A DNA stretch of 19,924 nt from Pseudomonadota bacterium (GTDB taxonomy: Bacteria; Bdellovibrionota; FAC87; UBA2466): assembly GCA_043767805.1 (NCBI GenBank), contig JAYUGC010000199.1, positions 1-19,924 of the forward strand, in the 5' to 3' direction. Under the pieces are notes generated by a model, which was given only the letters and a program-made list of their open reading frames with translations, searched no databases and had not been told where the DNA came from. Of the stretch, positions 1 to 8,490 are shown one piece after another. The translations under genes were made by a program, and so were the position numbers. How positions within the stretch are numbered: position 1 is the stretch's first letter; each line of letters opens with the position of its first letter.

Positions 1-609
1 AGATATATCGGAAGCCACCCTAATTACTACAATGTCATCGAAGAGTTTCGAGAGGGATTTTTCGCCAGACTGAAGCTCGAGGGCGTACAGGCTTTAGAGA
101 AATTGCCCGAGGAGATTCGAGATACGTTTACTCAGTGGATGGTGTTTAAGCCGAAGGAGCTGGCGCGGCTTCCGGGCGCCAACCCCGTCATTTGGCAGCG
201 GACGTTTCGTAATCTCCAAGCGCGGGCGATTTTAACGAGCCTTGCGGGGAAAACCCCTGTCGCGACTCAGGAAGCCCGGAATTTTGGCGTTCAAGTCAGA
301 AATACCGTTCTCTTATCCGGAGTCGCGGTCATGCCCTTCTCGCCGCTCCTCGCGGGAGTCGCCAAAGGCGCGGGAGTAGCGCTTGAAGGCGGGTCGAAAT
401 TCATGAAGTACTTGCCTACGCCGAAGCGATTAAGCCTCGTGAAGCTTCGTCGTCTCATCGGAAACGATCTAAATGATTTTCCCAAAGACATTCAGGAATC
501 GGTCACCGCTCTGTATGAGGAAGACCCGCAAGTACGCCGAGTCTTCCGCGCCGACCCATCGCTCACCGAATCCTGTGAAGTCGCGCTCGGCGCCGTCTCC
601 GGCCGCTGA
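1..609 (+). CDS. Hypothetical protein, 5'-truncated by the window edge
   Basis: Frame 1 is open from base 1 (RYIGSHPNYYNVIEEFREG...) to TGA at 607-609, so the TTG at 103 is probably internal. No family motif recognised. Confidence 0.7.
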   Translation, partial: RYIGSHPNYYNVIEEFREGFFARLKLEGVQALEKLPEEIRDTFTQWMVFKPKELARLPGANPVIWQRTFRNLQARAILTSLAGKTPVATQEARNFGVQVRNTVLLSGVAVMPFSPLLAGVAKGAGVALEGGSKFMKYLPTPKRLSLVKLRRLIGNDLNDFPKDIQESVTALYEEDPQVRRVFRADPSLTESCEVALGAVSGR

Positions 610-612
610 TTC

Positions 613-648
613 TCTTAAAAGGTAGGTCGCTAGATTGTCCTTTTAAGA
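613..648. terminator. Inverted repeat between convergent genes, possible bidirectional terminator
   Basis: TCTTAAAAGG (613-622) and CCTTTTAAGA (639-648) are a perfect 10-bp inverted repeat filling the 39-bp gap between two stop codons. Confidence 0.5.
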
Positions 649-1254
649 TTACTGGGTGACGATGTTTTCCCAGCAGCTGCGGCGGTCTTTGATCACGCCG
701 TCGGTGTCGTGGAGATCGCGGTCGGTGAAGCCGAGGGTGACGTGCGGATAAAAGTAGCGCGGGCTGAAAGCCTTAGGGCTTCCGCCCCGGCGGGCGAAGA
801 CTTGAGCGATGTCCTCGCGAAGGGCGACGAGGCCAGGCGCGCTCACCACCGCGAAGTAGGTATAAGCTTCTTTGCCTTCGATTAAAGCTCTGCCCCGGCC
901 CACGCAAACCACGGAGTAGGGCGTCGTTTGAATGCGGCGTCTCGCGGCAAGAATATTGATGTCGTTAATGGAGATCTTGGCGCGAAGGGCGTTGTCATAC
1001 TCCACCGGACTGACGGTGGTGATATGAGCCTCACCTCGCTGCTTGAGCTTAACGCCCAGGCGCTGCTCCACTTGTTCCCGAAGCGCGTTGAACGGCTCGA
1101 ACCGCAGATTCATCGCGAGATAGTTACTCATCGGGGCCGAGCCAATGTGGGGAAGGAAAGGAACCGCGTGGTTATCGAAGGCCGCTTTGGAAAGCGTGAA
1201 CGGGGCCGCGAAAGCGGACGCCGAAACGACCAGAAGCAGAAATAGGGTTTTCAT
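649..1254 (-). CDS. Secreted 2H phosphoesterase family protein
   Basis: Two HxT motifs (EAHITT, YPHVTLGF) about 95 aa apart. N-terminal signal peptide MKTLFLLLVVSASAFA. ATG overlaps the upstream TAA (TAATG). Confidence 0.75.
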   Translation of the reverse strand: MKTLFLLLVVSASAFAAPFTLSKAAFDNHAVPFLPHIGSAPMSNYLAMNLRFEPFNALREQVEQRLGVKLKQRGEAHITTVSPVEYDNALRAKISINDINILAARRRIQTTPYSVVCVGRGRALIEGKEAYTYFAVVSAPGLVALREDIAQVFARRGGSPKAFSPRYFYPHVTLGFTDRDLHDTDGVIKDRRSCWENIVTQ

Positions 1255-2615
1255 TACGCCCGCCAGAGTTTTTCTTGTTCGAGAACGTCAAACGCATCCG
1301 TCAGAATGGCGACGATGTTGTCGACCGTGCCTTCATCGAGGGTCATGGCCGGCTGAATGCGGAAGCTCGGCGCATAGGCCATGGTCAAAAGACCGCGGTT
1401 CAAGCATTCGAAGAAGAGCCGTTTGCAAGCTTCCTTCGAGATGGGCTCCCTCAAAGTCTTGTCCTTCACCATGTCGATGGAGAGGAAAAGCCCGCGTCCG
1501 CGCACGTCTCCCACGAAGCTATAGCGCTCGACGAAGGGCTTTAATTTAGCGAGGAAGTACTCGCCGACTTTGCGGGAATTCTCGACGAGGTTTTCTTCGT
1601 CGATGATTTTCAAAGCCGCCGCCGCCGCCGCCGCCGCAAGCGGATTGCCGCCGTAGCTCGAAGACGAGCCCGAAGGATCGCCCCAGGGTTTGGCTTGAGA
1701 AATCTCGTCGGTCGTCATGATTGCGGCCAGCGGAAATCCGCCGCCGAACTGCTTACCCAAAGTCACGATGTCGGCTTGCACGCCTGAGTGATGCCCGCCC
1801 CAGGCTTTGCCGGTGCGGCCGAAGCCCGTAATCATCTCGTCCACGATGAGAAGCGCGCCAAACTCTTTGGCGAGGTTTTTTACCGCGGGAAGGAAATCGT
1901 CCGGCGGGATGACGTTGCCGTTTGTCCCCTGCATGGGCTCGATGATGAAGGCGGCGATGTCGCCGGTGGAATTATTTTTCAGCTGCTCGCGCGCAAAGCT
2001 GATGCAGTCCGCGGTCAAATTCTTGGAAGTGAGGCCGGGCGGGCAGCGGTACGGATTCGCGTAGGGTACCGTGTGATTTCCCGAGACCATGGGACCAAGG
2101 TGCTTTTTCCAGGTGGAGCCCATGAGAGCCAAAGCACCCATGGTCTTTCCGTGAAAGCCGCCCCAGAAGCTCACGAACTCGTGTCTTCCGGTATGGCACT
2201 TGGCGAGACGAAGCGCGGATTCCACCGCTTCCGCGCCGCTCGAATAAAGCTGAACGCGGTGAACACCGGGCGCGGGCGGTTTTTCCGCGAGACGCTCGAA
2301 AAGCTCGACGCGGGCTTCGGACGTGAAGCTGCCGACGCTGGCTTTGGCGACCTGTTCGGAAATCGCCTTAATGAAGGTCGGGTGACTATGCCCCAAGCCG
2401 TTCACACCGATGCCGCCGATAATATCGAGAAAGACGTTTCCGTCGACGTCGGTGACGGTGTTTCCTTCCGCGTGCTGCACCACGATCCCCGCCATGAGGG
2501 CGAGATTCTGAAGCCCGGGGGCGAGATGCTTGTCCTCGCGGGCTCGGAGCGCCTGGCTTTTCGGGCCCGGGACGGCGGTCTTAATCGAGGCCTTCTGACG
2601 GATAGGCTGCGGCAT
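1254..2615 (-). CDS. Class-III PLP-dependent aminotransferase (GabT/ArgD-like)
   Basis: Motifs LGHSHP, SGAEAVE, GFHGKT, IIEPMQG, DEMITGFGRTG, TLGKQFGGG (PLP lysine) and YGGNP. AAGGAG Shine-Dalgarno (2626-2621) supports ATG at 2615 rather than GTG at 2621. Confidence 0.9.
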   Translation of the reverse strand: MPQPIRQKASIKTAVPGPKSQALRAREDKHLAPGLQNLALMAGIVVQHAEGNTVTDVDGNVFLDIIGGIGVNGLGHSHPTFIKAISEQVAKASVGSFTSEARVELFERLAEKPPAPGVHRVQLYSSGAEAVESALRLAKCHTGRHEFVSFWGGFHGKTMGALALMGSTWKKHLGPMVSGNHTVPYANPYRCPPGLTSKNLTADCISFAREQLKNNSTGDIAAFIIEPMQGTNGNVIPPDDFLPAVKNLAKEFGALLIVDEMITGFGRTGKAWGGHHSGVQADIVTLGKQFGGGFPLAAIMTTDEISQAKPWGDPSGSSSSYGGNPLAAAAAAAALKIIDEENLVENSRKVGEYFLAKLKPFVERYSFVGDVRGRGLFLSIDMVKDKTLREPISKEACKRLFFECLNRGLLTMAYAPSFRIQPAMTLDEGTVDNIVAILTDAFDVLEQEKLWRA

Positions 2616-2723
2616 GGTCACTCCTTAGCGAGATAACGAAGCCTTATATCCCCAAAAACCGCCATGATCTAGCCCGAAGCCACCCTATTGCCATCCTGGA
2701 AAAGCCCAAATAGCTTGGCGGAA

Positions 2724-3827
2724 ATGAATTTAGAGAACATCAAGAGCCTAGAGGGAAGTGCCATCGTTTACTGCGAAGGGGCATTTGGCACCACCACCGG
2801 CAAGACGGCCCATGGCCTCGTGCGGGGAACCCGCAGATACCGGGTGCTTTCCGTGGTGGATTCCACAAAGGCCGGTCGCGACGCCGGCCAAGTGCTGGAC
2901 CGCCGGGAGAAGGGCATTCCGGTGCATGCGAGTCTCTCGCAGGCTTTCGGCGCCGCCCAGCAGACCGGCTTAAATCCCACGCACTTTGTGGTGGGACTTG
3001 CGCCCGATGGCGGCCGTTTGGCTCCCCGGGATCGCGCGGCGGTTAAGGAAGCGCTGACGCTCGGCCTCAACGTGGACTCTGGTCTTCACGATTTTCTTTC
3101 GGACGACCCGGAGCTCGCCGAAATCGCGGCCGCCAAGGGATTGAAGATTCGAGACGTCCGTAAGACCCCGTCTCGGGACAAGCTCCATTCCTTCACCGGA
3201 AAAATCGATCAAGTGGGCTCGCTCCGGGTTGCGGTGCTCGGCACGGACTCGGCTATCGGCAAGCGCACCACGGCGAAAGTATTGGTCGACGGGCTCAATG
3301 CTTGCGGGACTCGCGCGGAAATGATCGGCACCGGACAGACGGCTTGGATGCAGGGCTTTCAGTACGGCATCGTGCTCGATTCGCTCATTAACGATTTCGT
3401 CGCGGGCGAGCTCGAGAACGCGGTCCTTGATGCGTGGGAAAACGAGCGCCCCGAAGTGTTGGTGGTGGAGGGGCAGGGGAGCCTCATGAATCCCGCTTAT
3501 CCGGGCGGCCTCGAGATTCTCGCGGCGACCCGGCCTCACGGCATCATTTTACAGCACGCGCCGTCCCGCAAAGAGTACGACGGCTTTCCTGGATTTCCGC
3601 TCCACCCGCTTAAACTTCAGATCCAGGCGCTGGAGCTCATCTCCGGTGTTCCGGTAGTCGCCATCACTTTGAATCACGAAGGGCTCACGCCGGAGGAAAC
3701 CGCCGTGGAAGCCGAGCGCTGTGAAAAAGAGATCGGGCTTCCCGTCATGGATGTCCTACTTCAGGGCAACGACAAGCTTCTCTCTGTCGTCAAACGGCTC
3801 AGCGAAAAGCTGCGGAGCGAGCGGTGA
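2724..3827 (+). CDS. DUF1611 family P-loop protein (DgcN-like D-glutamate N-acetyltransferase family)
   Basis: GKTAHGLVR, SGLHDFL, GTDSAIGKRTT, GTGQT, DFVAGELE and VEGQGSL are typical DUF1611 motifs. ATG at 2724 preferred over TTG at 2688. Confidence 0.88.
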   Translation: MNLENIKSLEGSAIVYCEGAFGTTTGKTAHGLVRGTRRYRVLSVVDSTKAGRDAGQVLDRREKGIPVHASLSQAFGAAQQTGLNPTHFVVGLAPDGGRLAPRDRAAVKEALTLGLNVDSGLHDFLSDDPELAEIAAAKGLKIRDVRKTPSRDKLHSFTGKIDQVGSLRVAVLGTDSAIGKRTTAKVLVDGLNACGTRAEMIGTGQTAWMQGFQYGIVLDSLINDFVAGELENAVLDAWENERPEVLVVEGQGSLMNPAYPGGLEILAATRPHGIILQHAPSRKEYDGFPGFPLHPLKLQIQALELISGVPVVAITLNHEGLTPEETAVEAERCEKEIGLPVMDVLLQGNDKLLSVVKRLSEKLRSER

Positions 3828-4885
3828 AGATTAAGAGCATCGAGTACTGGACGGTCTCGATGCCCATGGAAGAGCCTTACGCCATTGCGTACGATCACGC
3901 CGACACGGCGACGAACGTTTTCCTTCGCCTAGAGACGGACTCGGGGTTGAACGGCTTTGGCTGCGCGGCTCCCGAAAAGACCATTACGGGAGAAACGCCT
4001 GAGGGAACGCTTCAGGCTTTTCGGGACGTGATTAGCCCCGCGCTGCGCGGTCACGATCCTTTTCGTCAGCAACAAGTTTTGAGCGCACTCGCGACGCCGC
4101 TCGAAGCCGCGTCGTCGGCGCTCGCCGCGCTCGATATGGCGCTCTTCGATTTGCTCGGCAAACAAGCCGAGCTCCCGCTGTGGAAACTATTGGGTGGCTT
4201 TCGCGAGAGGATCGCCACCAGCATCACCATCGGCATTCTTCCCGAAGCGGAAACCGTGGAGCGCGCGAAGGCGAGAGTGAAAGAAGGTTTCCTCGCTCTG
4301 AAGTTAAAGGGCGGTCTCGACTGGCAAACCGACGCCGCTCGCGTTCGAAAAGTGCGGGAAGCGGTGGGTTCCCAAATAGGGCTCTATTTCGACGGTAATC
4401 AAGGCTTCACGTCGCAAACGACTCTGCAGTTTGCCGAGGAGACCAAGGGTTGCCGCCTCACCTTCATCGAGCAGCCGACGCCCGCCAGCGATGCGATGGC
4501 TTTTTCCGAAATGGGAGTCGCGTGTCCGACGCCCCTGATGGCGGATGAGTCGGTGATGAGCTTTCGGGACGCGTTGGGGCTTCTGGATAGCGGCGTGAAA
4601 TGTTTCAACGTGAAACTCATGAAAATGGGCGGCATCTGCTCGGCTCAGCCGATAGTCGAGCTCGCGAAATATTCTGGCCTCCAGGTGATGGTGGGCTGCA
4701 TGGACGAGTCGGCGCTCGGCATCGCGGCGGGCCTGCACTTCGCGCTCTCCTCTCCCGGCGTGACTCACGCCGATCTCGATGGCCACATTGGGCTCAAGAA
4801 CGATCCGGCGGCGGGCGCCGTTCTCTTTAAGGACGGCTATCTCCTTCCCAAAGACGCCCCGGGTTTAGGTCTCGATCGGTTATGA
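3824..4885 (+). CDS. Enolase-superfamily dipeptide epimerase / N-acyl-amino-acid racemase (L-Ala-D/L-Glu epimerase, DgcA-like)
   Basis: KxK (LKLKG), DGNQG, EQP, ADES, NVKLMKMGG and the DLD motif of the AEE subgroup. GTGA overlap with the upstream gene. Confidence 0.9.
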   Translation: MKIKSIEYWTVSMPMEEPYAIAYDHADTATNVFLRLETDSGLNGFGCAAPEKTITGETPEGTLQAFRDVISPALRGHDPFRQQQVLSALATPLEAASSALAALDMALFDLLGKQAELPLWKLLGGFRERIATSITIGILPEAETVERAKARVKEGFLALKLKGGLDWQTDAARVRKVREAVGSQIGLYFDGNQGFTSQTTLQFAEETKGCRLTFIEQPTPASDAMAFSEMGVACPTPLMADESVMSFRDALGLLDSGVKCFNVKLMKMGGICSAQPIVELAKYSGLQVMVGCMDESALGIAAGLHFALSSPGVTHADLDGHIGLKNDPAAGAVLFKDGYLLPKDAPGLGLDRL

Positions 4886-6444
4886 AATTTTTTATTCTGC
4901 TTTGGGCCCTTTCGGCGCAAGCGGCGCCCGATTACGCCATCCGGAACGTGACTCTTTACGACGGTACGGGAGGCGCGCCTTCGCAAGGTGATATCGCCAT
5001 CACGGGCGATCGCATCACGACGGTCGGCAAAGTGGAAGGTAAGGCCACGCGCGAGCTCGACGGTACGGGACTGGTGCTCGCGCCCGGCTTCATCGATCTC
5101 CATACGCATAGTGACACCGCTGAAAAGGGAAACGCGGTGGTGCTTTTGGAAAAGGCGACCAGATCCAATCTCAATTACCTGCTTCAAGGGGTCACGACTG
5201 TCGTCACTGGAAACTGCGGCGACGGAGAAGTCGACGCACGGGGATTTCTCAAAAAACTCGAGACGGGGAAGGTGGGTACTAACGTCGCGCACCTCATTCC
5301 GCACAATGCCATCCGCGAATTGGTGATGGGCAACGTGAACCGCGCTCCGAGCGACGCCGAGTTGTCCCGCATGAAGGCTTTGGTCGACACCGGTATGCAA
5401 GGCGGGGCTTGGGGTTTATCGACGGGGCTTTACTACAATCCGGGAACCTACGCGAAAATCGACGAAGTGGCGGCGCTCGCGAAAGTGGCCGCCCTTCGAG
5501 GGGGCATTTACACGAGCCACATCCGAAACGAAGGACCAGAGCTTCTGGAATCCATCGAAGAAGCGATTACGATAGGTCGGCTCGCGAAAATCCCCGTACA
5601 CATTTCTCATATCAAGGCCGACATTCCTTCCGCGTGGCCGAAGATCCCGAAAGCCATCGCGCTCATCGAAGCCGCGCGCGGCGAGGGACAGAAGGTGACG
5701 GCCGATCAGTACCCGTATGTGGCGGCGAGTACGTCGCTTTCGGCCGAAGTGGTTCCGAATCGTTTTCGCGAAGGCACGCAGAGCGAAATGACTGCTCGCC
5801 TTTCCTCTCCGGAAGCCCGGCATAGCATTGCCGCCTTGATCAAGGTCTACGGCGAGGGCAAATCGCTTTTTCTCGCTGTCTATCCGCCCAAGCCCGAGTG
5901 GCAGGGGAAACATCTCGCCGAAATCGCTGAAGACTCGAAGAGAAATACGGTGGATGTCGTCCTCGACATCGAAGCGCACGGGGGAGCCAAAGTCGTAAAC
6001 TTCTGCATGAGCGAAGCCAACGTGAAGGAGCTCATGCGGCTTCCTTTTGTCGCGACCGCAAGCGATGGCCGCGCTTCGGTACCGTCCAACACAGTGCCTC
6101 ACCCGCGTAACTACGGCACGTTCCCCAGAAAGCTCGTTAAGTACGCGATGAGTGAGAAGACGCTTTCCGTGGAACAAGCCATTCGCAGCATGACCGGGCT
6201 TCCCGCCGATATCTTGCAACTTCCCGAGCGCGGTTATTTGATGCCGGGGTATTTCGCTGATTTGGTCGTCTACGATCCAAAGCGTCTGAAAGACACGGCG
6301 ACTTTCGAAAAGCCGCATCAGTACGCGGCCGGCGTGAAGTACCTCTTCGTGAATGGGCGGCTTGCCATAGACAAGGGTCGTTACACCGGCGCTCTCGCGG
6401 GCAAAGCTCTGCGCCACGTAAAAAGTGAAATCAAAGCGGAGTAG
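4882..6444 (+). CDS. N-acyl-D-amino-acid deacylase (D-aminoacylase, amidohydrolase superfamily)
   Basis: PGFIDLHTH, GVTTVVTGNCG, GLSTGL, SHIRNE, HISHIK, DQYPY, ASDG, PHPRNYGTFPR and ADLVVYD. ATGA overlap with the upstream gene. Short signal-like N-terminus. Confidence 0.9.
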   Translation: MKFFILLWALSAQAAPDYAIRNVTLYDGTGGAPSQGDIAITGDRITTVGKVEGKATRELDGTGLVLAPGFIDLHTHSDTAEKGNAVVLLEKATRSNLNYLLQGVTTVVTGNCGDGEVDARGFLKKLETGKVGTNVAHLIPHNAIRELVMGNVNRAPSDAELSRMKALVDTGMQGGAWGLSTGLYYNPGTYAKIDEVAALAKVAALRGGIYTSHIRNEGPELLESIEEAITIGRLAKIPVHISHIKADIPSAWPKIPKAIALIEAARGEGQKVTADQYPYVAASTSLSAEVVPNRFREGTQSEMTARLSSPEARHSIAALIKVYGEGKSLFLAVYPPKPEWQGKHLAEIAEDSKRNTVDVVLDIEAHGGAKVVNFCMSEANVKELMRLPFVATASDGRASVPSNTVPHPRNYGTFPRKLVKYAMSEKTLSVEQAIRSMTGLPADILQLPERGYLMPGYFADLVVYDPKRLKDTATFEKPHQYAAGVKYLFVNGRLAIDKGRYTGALAGKALRHVKSEIKAE

Positions 6445-6447
6445 GAA

Positions 6448-7263
6448 TTAGCGAGGGACCGGAAGCGGGCTCTCGGCTTCGCGCGCTTCGGCTTCGGCGA
6501 TCTCTTGGAGCCTGCGATCGCGGGCGATCGTATAGAGGCGCTCGATGGCCGAGATGTTCGCGAGTATGGCGATGAAACCCAAGGCGGCGACCATGGGCAC
6601 GCCCACCCGGACCGGGAAATCAAAGTAGCTGTCCCAGACCATGGGCAGCGCGGAAAGAGCGGCGCCCAAGATGAGATAGAACGCCCTTTCCGGCCGGCGC
6701 ATGATGCCCGGAGGCGGCTTCATGTGCATGGCTTCCGCTTTCGCGGTCGAGTAGCTCACCATGAAAGAGCCCATGAGGGCGAAAAGGGCGATGACCTGGA
6801 GATAAGCGATCTCGCGGTAATAAACGACCAGGCCGCTCAGGTAGAAAAATTCCGTATAGCGGTCGATGGCGGCATCGAGGATTTCCCCCGCGTCGGAAGA
6901 GACTCCCGTGAGGCGGGCGACCATTCCATCCAAGGTGTCGAAAAAAGCTGAGAAAGTGGCGCAAACCGCGGCTGAGCCAAATTGTCCGTAGGCCAGAAAC
7001 ACGCCCGCGATGCCGCCCAAAACCAAGGACGCCCAGGAAATCATATTGGGCGTGATACGCATCGTGACCAGGAAACGGCCGATGGGCTGGAGGCTCCAGT
7101 AAGCCATTTCCATCATGCCCTTGCCCAAAAGTAGGCTTCCACCCTGGCGATCGACGCGGTCGTACTTCGCTCGTCCGCGGACGAGGGCGCGCAAGAGGTA
7201 GGCGACGCAAACTGCGCCCGCCAAACCTATTAGACCCATTGCGTTGAAAGCGTCGTAATTCAT
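6448..7263 (-). CDS. CDP-alcohol phosphatidyltransferase (PIP-synthase/PgsA-like)
   Basis: Signature DxxDGxxAR...GxxxDxxxD (DTLDGMVARLTGVSSDAGEILDAAIDR), ITPN, and MVSY..AKAE...G.M.RPER as seen in phosphatidylinositol-phosphate-synthase-like members. Several hydrophobic segments. Confidence 0.88.
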   Translation of the reverse strand: MNYDAFNAMGLIGLAGAVCVAYLLRALVRGRAKYDRVDRQGGSLLLGKGMMEMAYWSLQPIGRFLVTMRITPNMISWASLVLGGIAGVFLAYGQFGSAAVCATFSAFFDTLDGMVARLTGVSSDAGEILDAAIDRYTEFFYLSGLVVYYREIAYLQVIALFALMGSFMVSYSTAKAEAMHMKPPPGIMRRPERAFYLILGAALSALPMVWDSYFDFPVRVGVPMVAALGFIAILANISAIERLYTIARDRRLQEIAEAEAREAESPLPVPR

Positions 7264-7361
7264 TCGATCGATCTTACCAGCGTCTTATTGGAGTTTTCGC
7301 AAAAAAGCAATCTAAGCCGCCCACTTAACCTGATGAGCGGACTGAGCATTATGCGCGTTAT

Positions 7362-8450
7362 CTAGACCGGCGCTTCCGTGGAAAGAGGGAGCTCTCGGCA
7401 CGCTTCCGCCGCGGAATGGTAAGCCTGGTTAATGAGCTGTACGCAGAGGTATGACTCCCGGGCTTCTTTACTGACGAAATCATTCTTTCGAATGGCTTCG
7501 AGGAACTGTTCGAACAAGGAATTGAACCAAGTGACATGGCTCGCATCCATCCAGTTGGACGAGATCGACCGCTTCTCGGTCTGCCAGGTTACGGCGCCCT
7601 GTGCTACGTCGGGACCGTCCGTGGCTACCATGCGGGAGATTTCCATCTCATCGTCTTGGACCGTGATGGCGCCGGTCTCACCCTGAATAGTATAAATGAC
7701 TTTTCGCACCCCCGCAGTCCACGTCAGGTGGACGTTGGCCGTGCCTTCAGGGAAGGTCAGCACCGCCGAAAAGTTATCTTCGGTGTCGTACTTACCGTGG
7801 GAGAGGTTACTCATCTTCGCGGTAATGGAAGTCGGGTAACTGTTGAGCCAGTCGAAGGTCAGGTAAAACGTATGGCTGCCGTGATCCATGGCGATGCCGC
7901 CGCCGCTGAAGCGCTTTTCCCGGCGCCAGTCCGTCTTCCATTCGGTGACGCCCTTCGCGTGGGTGTTCCTAAACGTATTTAAGGTGAGCGAGCGGACCCG
8001 GCCGATGCTCCCCGAGTCGATGACCGAGCGGATGGCTTTGACGACCGGCGCGTGCTTGTAATTGTGAACGGGGAAAAGCACCCGGCGGGCTTGCTTGGCC
8101 TTCGCGAGCAAGGCTTTGGCTTCCTCGACGGTGCAGGTGAGGGGCTTTTCGCACAAAACGTGTAAACCGCGATCCATCGCGGCAAGCGCGATTTCGGCGT
8201 GGTAGGCCGGCGGGGTGGCGATATCGACGAAATCGAGGTTCTCGGCTTCCTGTTCGAGGAGGATTTCGTGGTCGGTATAGACCCGCACGTTCGGCAGCGC
8301 GTGAGGCACGAGGTGCCGGCGGGCTTCACAGATGTCGGCGACCGCCACGATTTCGACGTCTTTCCTTTGCAGATAAGCGGGCACGTGCCCCTTGGAAAGA
8401 ATGAAACCGTAACCGATTAAAGCTCCTCTTAAAGGACGCTGGGTAGACAT
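7362..8450 (-). CDS. Gfo/Idh/MocA family NAD(P)-dependent oxidoreductase
   Basis: IGYGFI Rossmann motif, IATPPAYH, HVLCEKP, SGGGIAMDHGSH. GGAGG Shine-Dalgarno upstream of the ATG. Confidence 0.9.
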   Translation of the reverse strand: MSTQRPLRGALIGYGFILSKGHVPAYLQRKDVEIVAVADICEARRHLVPHALPNVRVYTDHEILLEQEAENLDFVDIATPPAYHAEIALAAMDRGLHVLCEKPLTCTVEEAKALLAKAKQARRVLFPVHNYKHAPVVKAIRSVIDSGSIGRVRSLTLNTFRNTHAKGVTEWKTDWRREKRFSGGGIAMDHGSHTFYLTFDWLNSYPTSITAKMSNLSHGKYDTEDNFSAVLTFPEGTANVHLTWTAGVRKVIYTIQGETGAITVQDDEMEISRMVATDGPDVAQGAVTWQTEKRSISSNWMDASHVTWFNSLFEQFLEAIRKNDFVSKEARESYLCVQLINQAYHSAAEACRELPLSTEAPV

Positions 8451-8490
8451 GGGACCTCCAGGACTGCGGCGATAATCCTACTTTTCGCCG

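Noticed and set aside
1615..1635. (GCC)7 trinucleotide run
   Set aside because: Encodes the Ala-rich helix after GGNPL in the aminotransferase. It is in frame and there is no sign of a phase-variation tract.
5416..6417. 333-aa antisense ORF, and similar long shadow ORFs at 1788-2636, 11695-12393, 12747-13751 and 18241-18957
   Set aside because: Each lies opposite a well-supported gene and has no recognisable motif. Such ORFs are expected from GC-rich codon bias.
7330..7400. CTGATGA...GAAA resembling a hammerhead ribozyme core
   Set aside because: Stem I cannot form, an extra G disrupts the stem II junction, and the 3' half lies within the oxidoreductase coding sequence.
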